A stretch of DNA of 64,000 nucleotides, taken from a virus. Lineage: Duplodnaviria > Caudoviricetes. Numbering within the stretch: the first letter of the stretch is position 1; each line of letters opens with the position of its first letter. The notes under the pieces are model-generated. The model was not told where the DNA came from. It searched no databases and was given only the letters and a program-made list of their open reading frames with translations. A program made the position numbers and the translations under genes. The stretch is from the IMG/VR virus record IMGVR_UViG_3300015370_000516, positions 1-64,000 of that record; one strand, 5' to 3'. Below, piece by piece: positions 47,609 through 56,768 of the stretch.

Positions 47609-48657
47609 TATTTCCTAAAGACTATGAAAATAAAGTTATTTGTGGTGACTGTCTTAGTATTATGAAGGGGATGCCGGATAAGTGCGTTAGTCTGGTGATT
47701 GCTGACCCGCCATATTATCGGATTGCTAACGAGAGTTGGGATAAGCAACATTCCAGCATTGCGGAATACATAAAATGGCTTGAGCCTATCGCTATTGAAT
47801 TAAAACGCTTACTTTGTGATCGTGGGAGTTTGTTTATCTTCGGTGATGATCGCAATATTGCCTATGTTCAAGTGCTATTTGATCAATATTTTGTCTTTTT
47901 GAATCATCTCGTTTGGCACAAAACAAACAATTTACCCCAGAAGAATGCTGCTAATCTGAAGTCTTTTCCAGTAATGAGTGAGCGTATTCTATACTATGGT
48001 CTTTATGGTGATAGAACTGGCTTACAATCTATCTATGAAAACCCAGATTGCTTTAATGCTATTAAGGCTTATATGCGCCAAGAGAGAGATGCGCTTATGA
48101 AACATTTAGGACATAGTACGCTGGATCAATTCAACCAATATATCAATGATCTTACGGATACAAAAAGTGTAGTATCTCGTCATTATTTCTCTGACTCACA
48201 ATGGGTATTCCCAACCGCTGAAATCTACGCTAAACTACAGACGGCGGGTTATTTTCAGCGTGAGTATAAAGGTTTTCAACGCGAGTATGAAAGTCTTAGA
48301 CGCGAGTATGAAAGCCTTAGACGCGAGTATGAACCACAAAAAGGTATTCACGAAATTATTGCGCTGCCTATTATATCAGGAAATGACAATACTGCACACC
48401 CGACAACTAAGCCGCTTGCACTTATGAAGATATTGATAAAGAGCGCCTCACGCGTTGGTGATTTAGTATTAGACCCGATGTGCGGCTCTGGCACAACCGC
48501 CGTTGCCGCGAAGCAACTCGGACGTCGTTTTATAGGAATTGAGATCAACCCCGACTATTGTAAAATTGCCAAAGATAGATTAGCCAATTTCATAGATGCA
48601 ACAACAGAAGAACGTGCCCAAGCCGGACTTCCCATGAACTTTATGGATTTGCTATGA
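47605..48657 (+). CDS. DNA amino-methyltransferase (N6-A/N4-C, beta class)
   Basis: IADPPY, HPTTKP and VLDPMCGSGTT; insert with REYESLR heptad repeats. Confidence 0.9.
   Translation: MIFPKDYENKVICGDCLSIMKGMPDKCVSLVIADPPYYRIANESWDKQHSSIAEYIKWLEPIAIELKRLLCDRGSLFIFGDDRNIAYVQVLFDQYFVFLNHLVWHKTNNLPQKNAANLKSFPVMSERILYYGLYGDRTGLQSIYENPDCFNAIKAYMRQERDALMKHLGHSTLDQFNQYINDLTDTKSVVSRHYFSDSQWVFPTAEIYAKLQTAGYFQREYKGFQREYESLRREYESLRREYEPQKGIHEIIALPIISGNDNTAHPTTKPLALMKILIKSASRVGDLVLDPMCGSGTTAVAAKQLGRRFIGIEINPDYCKIAKDRLANFIDATTEERAQAGLPMNFMDLL
48256..48336 (+). repeat. in-frame 21-bp tandem repeat (QREYKGF/QREYESL/RREYESL/RREYEP)
   Basis: Units start at 48256, 48277, 48298 and 48319. Confidence 0.85.
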
Positions 48658-49466
48658 TTTGGGAACGAGATTATATTGGTAAAGTTATTTGTGCTGATAG
48701 TTTGCAGGCACTAAGTTCTATACCAGAAAAGAGTATTGATCTTATTGTTACAGATCCTCCTTATGGTCATAATAACAATGACGGTGATTTGATTGCTAAT
48801 TGGGAAGCTGTTTTTGGTGGGGACAGAACTAAATCTAAGCCGCGTCCCATTGCCCAGGATGGGGTAGAGGCAAATGAACTTTATAAACAATTTCTGAAGG
48901 AAGCCTTTCGGGTTTTAAAGCCTGGCAGTTGTTGTTGTTGTTGTGGTGGTGGTGGTGGGCCAGACCCACAGTTTGCTCGGTGGTCTTTGTGGATGGATGA
49001 GGTGTTTCAATTTAAGCACATGGTTGTATGGGACAAAGGAGGGATGGGCCTAGGCCATCATTATCGGCGTAGTTATGAGACTATTCTGGTGGGGCAAAAG
49101 CCTGGGGCAGCTTGTAAATGGTATGATAAGTCCAAGAGGATTGAAAACGTAATCCGACCAGGTATGTACGGAATTCATAAAATAATACCCAATGAAAATC
49201 AGCATCCTACTGAGAAACCAGTAGAATTGATGCAATTTTTTATTGAGTTACATTCAACGGGGAATGACATTGTTCTCGATCCTTTTTGCGGTCATGGATC
49301 AACTCTGCTGGCTGCCAGAAAACTGGGAAGGCGGTTTATAGGCATAGACGTAGATGCTGGCTTTTGTGAGATAAGCAGGAAAAAATTGGCAGAATTACAT
49401 GGAGCTACAACAGAGGAACGTGCCGCCGCTGGGTTGCCAATGACTTTCTTGGACACACTTACATAA
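48654..49466 (+). CDS. DNA amino-methyltransferase (beta class)
   Basis: VTDPPY, HPTEKP and VLDPFCGHGST; CCCCCGGGGG tract. Confidence 0.9.
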   Translation: MIWERDYIGKVICADSLQALSSIPEKSIDLIVTDPPYGHNNNDGDLIANWEAVFGGDRTKSKPRPIAQDGVEANELYKQFLKEAFRVLKPGSCCCCCGGGGGPDPQFARWSLWMDEVFQFKHMVVWDKGGMGLGHHYRRSYETILVGQKPGAACKWYDKSKRIENVIRPGMYGIHKIIPNENQHPTEKPVELMQFFIELHSTGNDIVLDPFCGHGSTLLAARKLGRRFIGIDVDAGFCEISRKKLAELHGATTEERAAAGLPMTFLDTLT

Positions 49467-49485
49467 AAAATTTAATAGATAGTAT

Positions 49486-49514
49486 TTGTAATATACAAGT
49501 AAAAGTATTATATT
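49486..49514 (+). promoter_or_regulatory. sigma70-like promoter TTGTAA-N17-TATATT
   Basis: Good consensus upstream of the recombination operon. Confidence 0.65.
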
Positions 49515-49536
49515 ACCATAAAGCGATGATACTGAG

Positions 49537-50817
49537 GTGTTTGTGGCGGATCATAAACCATTAGTTGAAGCCTTCACCAAGAAATTCAATGCTCAGGTGG
49601 TTGTACCTTGGGACGGCAGCGCCCAGCAGGTAGACATAGGTCCTACACGCGTGACGCTGGCCAGTAACGTCAGGCAGGTACTGCCGGGCAGTGACTTTCT
49701 GATTCGTCTGAAGTCTATCCCAGAGATTATGAAACGGGATGTGTGGGATATTCCCGCACTAAGGAGTTCTGGTTTAATAGAGCCACAAGTTTCCAGAACC
49801 GTTCCTGTTGGGGCGTATAGACCTATGGGCAAGAAGCCAAAGATTATTTACCCCACCGGTATTCTTAGCGTTGACTTGGCATTGAGCGGTGGATTTATGG
49901 GTAGTATTCTATCACGTATTTGGGGAGCTTCCACCGGTGGTAAATCCGTTATTCTGTACATGGCGATGATTACTGCTTGGCAGTTGTACGGAAAGAAAAG
50001 TTTGCTGATAAACCCTGAGTTTGACTTTGACGAAGATCGCTTTTCAGTTTTGCCAGGTGGCAAGACTATGCTGGAAAGCGAAGGGCTTTTAGTGTACGAT
50101 CCGGGGGCAAGTGCCGATGCTTATGATAAAGTTATTGATTTAGTCGGAAGTGCCGCGTATGCTATTATTGGGTTTGATAGTCTAACTCCCCTAAAGTCAG
50201 AATCTGAACTATCTAAATCATTCAGTGATGAACCGCGCGTGGCTGACAAGGCCAAGGCACAGACTCGGTTTTTGGAAGACGTTTTGCCTCATTTATATCA
50301 TAAAAGTAAATCTGCTCTTATTATGATTGTACAGTCCAGAAAACGATTGGGTGATACTCGTAGTGGAATGATGTCTCAGTTCGATGAAGTTAGTGGTAGC
50401 TACGGAGCTTCTGGAGATAAACCTGCATCTGGGGATGCCCTGCAATTTTACACACAGCAGTCTCTAAAAGTCTTTCCCCCTACTAAGCTGGTCTACGAAA
50501 AGGGAACACGTAATATTCTCGGACATCAGATAACTGGTCTGGTTGACAAGAACAAACGAGCGCCACAGGGAACTCGCTTTGGGTTTTACATTGATTACCG
50601 TACCGGGTTGGACTTGGATCTTCAGATTGTTAATGCTGCTATTGAGGCTGGGATCATAGAACTTAGAAAGCAGAAGCATGTGGTTCAATTAGATGGGCAA
50701 GAGCAGATATTTGATTCCGGGCGGGAATGCCGATTAGCTCTATCGGCAGATCGAGAATTGCGCAAGGCAGTCTATTTGGGGGTACTAAAGCACGTGAATC
50801 CAGATTTCAGGATTTAG
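49537..50817 (+). CDS. recA: RecA/UvsX-like recombinase
   Basis: PTGILSVDLALSGG, Walker A GASTGGKS, IGFDSL, SGDALQFY and DKNK. Confidence 0.85.
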   Translation: MFVADHKPLVEAFTKKFNAQVVVPWDGSAQQVDIGPTRVTLASNVRQVLPGSDFLIRLKSIPEIMKRDVWDIPALRSSGLIEPQVSRTVPVGAYRPMGKKPKIIYPTGILSVDLALSGGFMGSILSRIWGASTGGKSVILYMAMITAWQLYGKKSLLINPEFDFDEDRFSVLPGGKTMLESEGLLVYDPGASADAYDKVIDLVGSAAYAIIGFDSLTPLKSESELSKSFSDEPRVADKAKAQTRFLEDVLPHLYHKSKSALIMIVQSRKRLGDTRSGMMSQFDEVSGSYGASGDKPASGDALQFYTQQSLKVFPPTKLVYEKGTRNILGHQITGLVDKNKRAPQGTRFGFYIDYRTGLDLDLQIVNAAIEAGIIELRKQKHVVQLDGQEQIFDSGRECRLALSADRELRKAVYLGVLKHVNPDFRI

Positions 50818-50832
50818 AAGAGGGACTATAAC

Positions 50833-51150
50833 ATGGTAACAAGAATTACTGGCGTAAGCGTCTCCTCTAAGATGGCTTGCATGTACAGCAAAGAAGAAAT
50901 AATCACCTTTGAAGTACAAGCTAATGCCGTCTTTGCAGAAATCAACGAAGAGCCAATTGACGGGGGTTGGGTCAAGGCTGAAATCCAAAGGCTTTTCAAT
51001 GAAGTAGTTGATCCAGCTATCCGAGAGGAGTATAGGGCGTATGGTCAAAAGAATGAACTATTTCGTTTAACTGCTCAAGTAGTCAGACCACAGGCTATCA
51101 AACATTACAAATTGTTACTGGAGAGGCAGAATTCAAGTACCCACGATTGA
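50833..51150 (+). CDS. hypothetical protein
   Basis: ORF track; its stop lies inside an IS-end-like hairpin. Confidence 0.55.
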   Translation: MVTRITGVSVSSKMACMYSKEEIITFEVQANAVFAEINEEPIDGGWVKAEIQRLFNEVVDPAIREEYRAYGQKNELFRLTAQVVRPQAIKHYKLLLERQNSSTHD

Positions 51151-51169
51151 AGTCATGGGTTTCCTGTCA
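51131..51169 (-). mobile_element. orphan IS200/IS605 right-end remnant
   Basis: Minus strand TGACAGGAAACCCATGACTTCAATCGTGGGTACTTGAAT aligns with the intact element's TGACAGGGTTAAAATCCACGAAGTTACTCGTGGGTAGTTTAT. Confidence 0.55.
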
Positions 51170-51177
51170 CAAGAATC

Positions 51178-51771
51178 ATGAAAATTACTAAATCAACGGT
51201 TGCTGGTCCTGTATCTCGGTTGCTTGGTAACCCGGAGCTTGTTCCAATACCATATATAGGATACCGAAGTCTCGAAGAAATAAGTTCATCCCTTGAAGAT
51301 GTTCAGTTGCCTGATTTCAGTCAGATGCACTCTGAACTTGTGAGAATTGGAGATGTTACAATTTCTGATGATCCTACCGCGATGGGGCTAAAGGAATTTA
51401 ATGCAAATCTTGCTAAGGCTGCCGAGGGTTACAGGAAATTGACGGTCTACCGTGCTGAGTGTATTGCCATTCGATCGGAGTGGGCGAGTTTGAAGATTGA
51501 TTTTAATCGGTTATTGGATCAGATGAAAAGAGATGGTATGAAAACCGCTGGGTACGAGGTCTGCAAGAACGTTCAAGATAGAACAGCTTATCTGGATAAT
51601 TTCGTTTCCGACTATAATTTGGAAATGGCTGTGGTTGAGCAGGCATTACAGAGATGTGCAGACTTTGTGGAAGTGTGCCGCGTCTTAGGAAAGGGACTGG
51701 ATGCTCTATTATTGGTATTAAGTAAACAAGTAGAAATCCTAAAAATACAAGCAAAAGTAGAAGGAGTCTAA
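51178..51771 (+). CDS. hypothetical coiled-coil protein (possible recombination mediator)
   Basis: Helical heptads; lies between RecA and SSB. Confidence 0.5.
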   Translation: MKITKSTVAGPVSRLLGNPELVPIPYIGYRSLEEISSSLEDVQLPDFSQMHSELVRIGDVTISDDPTAMGLKEFNANLAKAAEGYRKLTVYRAECIAIRSEWASLKIDFNRLLDQMKRDGMKTAGYEVCKNVQDRTAYLDNFVSDYNLEMAVVEQALQRCADFVEVCRVLGKGLDALLLVLSKQVEILKIQAKVEGV

Positions 51772-51772
51772 C

Positions 51773-52324
51773 ATGAAGGTTACCAAGAAGGCTGGGGTTT
51801 TTATCCCTACAGGGGGATATACAGCCGAGTTCACCAAGGTTGAACAGGTCACCCGGACGGGCAAGAAGGGTGAGAAGTTTAATGCTATCCAGGTGGACTT
51901 CGAGCTCTGTGACACTGAGGGCCAGGAAGAATATGCTGGAATTATTCTTAACCAAACACTGTGGGCTACTCTTGACAGTGACGGGGAAATTGAGGTTGGA
52001 CGTAAGGGGTTCCAGGTAATCGAGGCCATTCAGGGAAGCGATACAGATGATGGGCAGAAGTCTGAAGAACTTGAGGACATGATTGGCAACAAGGTAACTT
52101 TGCAAATCATTGCTCCGGAGCAAGAAGGTGGCTTCCCCAAGATCCTGCGCGTGGACAGATTTATCGAGAAAGCTCCCAAGGGAAAGGCTGCACCACGCAA
52201 TCGAAACACCGACGAGAAGAAACCATTACCGTCGTCAGCTAAACCTACCGAGGAGCCAGCGGCAGAGTCAAAGGCAAAAACCAAAGGCAAGAACCCAGAC
52301 GATTTCGATGACTGGGATGATTAA
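51773..52324 (+). CDS. single-stranded DNA-binding protein
   Basis: OB-fold-like beta pattern (PTGGYTAEFTKVE...IQVDFEL) and acidic tail DDFDDWDD. Confidence 0.75.
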   Translation: MKVTKKAGVFIPTGGYTAEFTKVEQVTRTGKKGEKFNAIQVDFELCDTEGQEEYAGIILNQTLWATLDSDGEIEVGRKGFQVIEAIQGSDTDDGQKSEELEDMIGNKVTLQIIAPEQEGGFPKILRVDRFIEKAPKGKAAPRNRNTDEKKPLPSSAKPTEEPAAESKAKTKGKNPDDFDDWDD

Positions 52325-52874
52325 TGATGAACTGGTGGTTATGTCTTTGGATCTGGGTCCTAATCACACCGGTTTCATGATATTTTGGGGTGAGGAGCGT
52401 ATTGCCGAGTTTGGCACGCTCCTTCCCCAACTGAGTTTGTCGATGCCTAAACGGATTCAGTATACCACCGGAATTTTAAACGTCTTGTGTCGAGTATACG
52501 GAGTGCATGAAGTGGCTATCGAAGATTATGCCCACAAGCTGCGTAGTGCCAGCGTGACCTGTATCCGGGAACAGGGTGGCGCAATAAAGAATATGCTTAT
52601 TGAATCAGGTATAAAGGTGTTTATTTATAATGTATCAGTGATCAAAAAGTTTGCCACTGGCTTAGGCAGGGCTACTAAGAAGGACATGGCACGTTCTTTT
52701 GACATTATTGGAAAAGAAGGTAAGCGTATTACTTTTAGAAGAGAAGCCAGGCGTAAACAAAGTTTATTCACAGAGGATGAAATTGATGCTTGGTTCATAG
52801 GACAATTGCACTATGACAATGTGCGCCGCAGTTTGTTAGGTAATGAACTATGGTCATTTGAACAGATCGCTTGA
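52317..52874 (+). CDS. RuvC-like Holliday junction resolvase
   Basis: SLDLGPNHTG, VAIEDY, IKKFATG.GRATKKDM and DEIDAW; the ATG at 52317 fits better than 52110. Confidence 0.8.
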   Translation: MINDELVVMSLDLGPNHTGFMIFWGEERIAEFGTLLPQLSLSMPKRIQYTTGILNVLCRVYGVHEVAIEDYAHKLRSASVTCIREQGGAIKNMLIESGIKVFIYNVSVIKKFATGLGRATKKDMARSFDIIGKEGKRITFRREARRKQSLFTEDEIDAWFIGQLHYDNVRRSLLGNELWSFEQIA

Positions 52875-54040
52875 AAATGCCAATCCAAAAACTCATCATA
52901 CAGAATTTCCAAGCCATAGCCAAAACTAAGCTTGATCTATCTCCCAACCTGAACGTCATCTTTGGAGAAAACGGGATGGGCAAGAGTATTTTAATTCGGG
53001 CTTTGCGATGGGTTTACAGAGATGCCTTTCGGGGTACTTGGTTTGCCAAGACGGGGGAAGAGCGATGTCGTGTTGGCATTCAGTTGTCTTCAGATTTGAT
53101 GGTCATCAGAGACATTGAACGTTCTCTGGATGATAGTGGAGCCACTAAGGTTTTAAAAGTAAATCGTTATATTATCAAAAGAAGGGGGCTTGAGGACGTT
53201 GAGTTCAACAAGTTCAAAGATTTGCCTCCAGACGTACAAGAAGTGCTGGATATAAGTCCGGCTTTAATTTTAGGAAAAACCAGCGATGAAATTATTGACT
53301 TGAATTTTGCGCATCAACAAAATGATGCTGTCTTTTTGATGAATAAGCCTAAAAGTTTATCAGCTCGTCTGCTGTCCCACGTAGTCGGAGTTGATCCGGT
53401 GTACAAGGCCATGCGCGAATTAGCCAGAGAACAGCGTGCGGACCAGCAGGAAATTGGGCGTTTAGGAGATCAAGCAGAGGAACTTCAGACTGAGATAGCA
53501 GCCTTTCCAGAACAGCAATTGCGGATGATATTCGCTAAATTGGAATCTCAGGTTTCAGCTTTAAGAGATCTTAATACTCATATTGAAACTGTAACTTTCC
53601 TGGGCGATGATTTAGAACGTATTAACCAAGAAGGCAGGACAGCGGTGTCTGAGGTAAAAGCCTGTAAAAATGCTTTGGAGAATTTGCCTTGGCAAGAAGC
53701 AGAACAACTTTGTACGTTGTTGGTCAATCTTGAAGCTGGGTACGAGGAATATAAAACTAAAAGTACTGCACTTGAACAAGCAGAACTAAGTCAAAGTTCT
53801 TGTACTGTTGCTTTTGATACAGTAAACTCATTTCTTGACGACTGGGAACAGGTTGTTCCCTTGATGCAAAGCTGGGCATCTGCTTATAATGATGAAGCAA
53901 CTCTCGTCATACATCTTGAAACTTTGTGTGTTGCCAAAAATGATGCATATACTGAATACCAGAAACTACTCAGCGAATTAGGTCTTTGTCCTACTTGTGG
54001 GGCTGATAAAGAACACTGGAATTTGCAAGGGGATATGTGA
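52871..54040 (+). CDS. Rad50/SbcC-like ATPase, N-terminal half ending in a zinc hook
   Basis: IQNFQA, Walker A GENGMGKS, Q-loop NFAHQQ, coiled coil and C-terminal CPTCG. Confidence 0.85.
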   Translation: MKMPIQKLIIQNFQAIAKTKLDLSPNLNVIFGENGMGKSILIRALRWVYRDAFRGTWFAKTGEERCRVGIQLSSDLMVIRDIERSLDDSGATKVLKVNRYIIKRRGLEDVEFNKFKDLPPDVQEVLDISPALILGKTSDEIIDLNFAHQQNDAVFLMNKPKSLSARLLSHVVGVDPVYKAMRELAREQRADQQEIGRLGDQAEELQTEIAAFPEQQLRMIFAKLESQVSALRDLNTHIETVTFLGDDLERINQEGRTAVSEVKACKNALENLPWQEAEQLCTLLVNLEAGYEEYKTKSTALEQAELSQSSCTVAFDTVNSFLDDWEQVVPLMQSWASAYNDEATLVIHLETLCVAKNDAYTEYQKLLSELGLCPTCGADKEHWNLQGDM

Positions 54041-54240
54041 TGAATTTTATCAATTGTAGCACAGACGACCTTGTTGATGAACTGCAAAAACGACTGGAGC
54101 TTCGGTACGGCAACAGGTATAAAGTTAAAATTGCATATCAGGCATCGGTGGTATGTTTTACAAATATACCTCCTGCGTTTGGTGCTGATCCATATAATTG
54201 GTGTACACTAACAGACCCCAAAAACGTTATTTTCCGATGA
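54037..54240 (+). CDS. small hypothetical protein
   Basis: Overlapping start/stop junctions on both sides. Confidence 0.5.
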   Translation: MMNFINCSTDDLVDELQKRLELRYGNRYKVKIAYQASVVCFTNIPPAFGADPYNWCTLTDPKNVIFR

Positions 54241-55235
54241 CTCCCATTCTAAAAGCAGTGTTCTTTACTGACACCCATATAAAGGGGGTATCCCCCCGTT
54301 CCCGAATTGATGACTACCCACGTGCCATTCTGGAGAAGGTCAAGTGGGTCATTGACTTCGGGATAGAAAATGGGGTAGACGTATTTCTTCATGGTGGGGA
54401 TTATTTTGATACCTACAGCGTAGAGAACTCGGTTCTAAACGCCTTTGTGGGCGCGTTAGATAAGGCCAGAGACCACAAAATCCCCATCGTGGGTACAGTG
54501 GGCAGCCATGACCAAGTAGGCTATCAAATCGGGGCTATGCATAGATCCTCGGTGGGGGTCTTGGAAGCAACTGGGGTTATTACGATATTACGTCAAGGCG
54601 AGACGTGGGAACGTAATGGAGTTTTTATCATAGGCTGCCCCCACAAAATAGATTTGGATTTGGGGAACAATTCTGATTATGACGTTATCCCAGACAAATC
54701 TCATCCTGGTATCAAGAGCACCATATTAATGGCTCATGGCTATATTACGGATAAGCCTTTGTCTTATGCCTGCACTTTAATTGATGATGTTAAGACTGCC
54801 GCCGACGTCGTGTTATCCGGTCATTATCATACTGGATTTTCACCTTACGTGCGTCAGGATGGCAAGATTTTCTGTAATCCAGGATCACTATCCCGTGATG
54901 AGGATAACAAGATAAATCGGGTACGTAAACCGTCATGTCTGTACCTTGAAATATTTGATGGTGCGCCGCCTTCGTTGAAGATAGTACCTATATCCTGTGC
55001 TCACACAGGTCAGGAAATTTTTGGGGACATCGAGCCTATCTCTGAACCTGATGCTGGAGATATAGCCAGAATGGTTGAGTATCTGAAACAAGAAACCGAG
55101 GCAGCCGGCAAGACCTTTGACATAGAGCGAGCCATTGCCAATGTGCCGGTGGGTAAAGACCCTGTTTTAGTTGCCGAAGCTCGGAGTATGGCTTTGGCGA
55201 TGGTTCAGAAAGTAACCACGGAGTCAGGACAATGA
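54237..55235 (+). CDS. Mre11/SbcD-like nuclease
   Basis: DTH, GGDYFD, GSHD, AHG, GHYH and NPGS metallophosphoesterase motifs. Confidence 0.9.
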   Translation: MTPILKAVFFTDTHIKGVSPRSRIDDYPRAILEKVKWVIDFGIENGVDVFLHGGDYFDTYSVENSVLNAFVGALDKARDHKIPIVGTVGSHDQVGYQIGAMHRSSVGVLEATGVITILRQGETWERNGVFIIGCPHKIDLDLGNNSDYDVIPDKSHPGIKSTILMAHGYITDKPLSYACTLIDDVKTAADVVLSGHYHTGFSPYVRQDGKIFCNPGSLSRDEDNKINRVRKPSCLYLEIFDGAPPSLKIVPISCAHTGQEIFGDIEPISEPDAGDIARMVEYLKQETEAAGKTFDIERAIANVPVGKDPVLVAEARSMALAMVQKVTTESGQ

Positions 55236-55477
55236 ATGCTGAAGAACAATTAGGAGCTCTGCAAAAGAAGCGGCAAAAGCTGTCTGAAGATAAAGCCAGA
55301 GCAGAGGCACGTGTTGAGGGCGCGCGTAAAGCCCAGCAAGAGGCCTTGGCTAAGTTAGCTAAACTGGGTATAACCGATCCCCTGGTTATTCCCGCCAAGT
55401 TAGTCGAGTTTCAACAACAGGCTACAAGTCTTGCTCAGGAGATTGATAGTGGTATCCCAGACAGGTACCGGGTTTAA
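55232..55477 (+). CDS. small coiled-coil protein (possible middle piece of split Rad50)
   Basis: Continuous heptads; AGGA RBS. Confidence 0.55.
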   Translation: MNAEEQLGALQKKRQKLSEDKARAEARVEGARKAQQEALAKLAKLGITDPLVIPAKLVEFQQQATSLAQEIDSGIPDRYRV

Positions 55478-56087
55478 CACACAGAGCTATCGTCTGGCTT
55501 ACGACGGCTACCAACGGGATTTGGGTGCGCACCAGCAACGTCAGGGGGAACTGGGCAAGGTTCTGCAGCGCAAGGCAGAAATATCTCGTCAGGTAGCCGT
55601 CCGAGAAATTGCTATGCAGATCATGGAGGCTGTATCTCTGTCTGCCCAGGAGCTCATCCACCAGAAGATAGACGTTCCGGTGACTGCGGCTCTCAGGACT
55701 ATCTATCAGGATAATTCTTTATCGTTTAGCACCGAGTTAGAGCGCAGTGCCGACCGCATGGAAGTTGACTTTCGTTTCCGTCGTGGGGATGAACCTATAC
55801 CTGGCCCTATCTTGGATTCGGAAGGTGGGGGGCTGGTGGATGTAGCCGGTTTCACTTTACGTCTATGTCTTTTCAGGTTGTTGGGTTGTAAAGGTCCAAT
55901 TTGTCTGGATGAACCTTTCCGGCAAGTTGACAAGAGCGCTTGGCCTCGTGCCATTGAGTTTGCCCAACAAATATCTTTGGGCATGGGGATTCAATTGTTC
56001 ATAGTTTCCCACGAGACCGCATTTACCGATGTGGCTGGCAGAATAATTCGCGTGGTTGGGCGAGGTATAGTTAGACAGGAAGCATAG
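55449..56087 (+). CDS. Rad50/SbcC-like ATPase, C-terminal half
   Basis: Signature-like DSEGGG, Walker B/D-loop CLDEPF, H-loop VSHE; GTG 55449 with CAGGAG RBS. Confidence 0.85.
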   Translation: MVSQTGTGFNTQSYRLAYDGYQRDLGAHQQRQGELGKVLQRKAEISRQVAVREIAMQIMEAVSLSAQELIHQKIDVPVTAALRTIYQDNSLSFSTELERSADRMEVDFRFRRGDEPIPGPILDSEGGGLVDVAGFTLRLCLFRLLGCKGPICLDEPFRQVDKSAWPRAIEFAQQISLGMGIQLFIVSHETAFTDVAGRIIRVVGRGIVRQEA

Positions 56088-56768
56088 ATGTCTCGTAAAC
56101 AGGAACTACATGGGGCTGCGCTGTACCGCAGTAAGTATTGCAGTTTTGTAACTCTGTGGCTTTACAACAATCCGCGTATGACCCCCAGCAAGGTACGGGA
56201 TCTGCTGATTGATAAATTCGGGCCAGAAGCCTCTTTTTCCGAGCCCCATATTCGGGCTTTTATGAAGAATTATTACCCTGAGATTTACAATGCTGCTATA
56301 AGTACTGGAGAAGGTGGTTTTGTAGCTGTTGCCAGTTTGACGGAAAGCAAGTTATTTGGTAGCGTTGTAGACCCGATGGACTATCACCAGCTTATGATTG
56401 GGCTGTTGGAGACCAAGTTCAAGGAAGCTGAAGAAGAGTATAACGTTATTAGAGACCGTTTGGTTGACAAGACAACCCCTGCAGAAGATGTTGTTAAGAT
56501 CGGTACAACAGTGGTAAAGTTACGCGATCAGATGACCAAGCTTTCACGTGAAATCAGGGAGTATAAAAAGTATGCAGATGAATGGCAGAGGACTTTTGAC
56601 TTCGGGGATAAAATGGGGGATTTAATTTATCGTATGACTGAGTTGATTGTGTCTATAATATACCCAGAGGTTACATCTGATCGGCTTTTTACCGTGCGCG
56701 ATGAATTCACGATAGCGCGTAGACAGTTAGCCAGAGAGTTCAAAGTTCCGCCGGAGAAACTGGGATGA
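56088..56768 (+). CDS. hypothetical protein, candidate terminase small subunit
   Basis: N-terminal HTH-like segment plus coiled coil; upstream of TerL; inferred from position. Confidence 0.35.
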   Translation: MSRKQELHGAALYRSKYCSFVTLWLYNNPRMTPSKVRDLLIDKFGPEASFSEPHIRAFMKNYYPEIYNAAISTGEGGFVAVASLTESKLFGSVVDPMDYHQLMIGLLETKFKEAEEEYNVIRDRLVDKTTPAEDVVKIGTTVVKLRDQMTKLSREIREYKKYADEWQRTFDFGDKMGDLIYRMTELIVSIIYPEVTSDRLFTVRDEFTIARRQLAREFKVPPEKLG

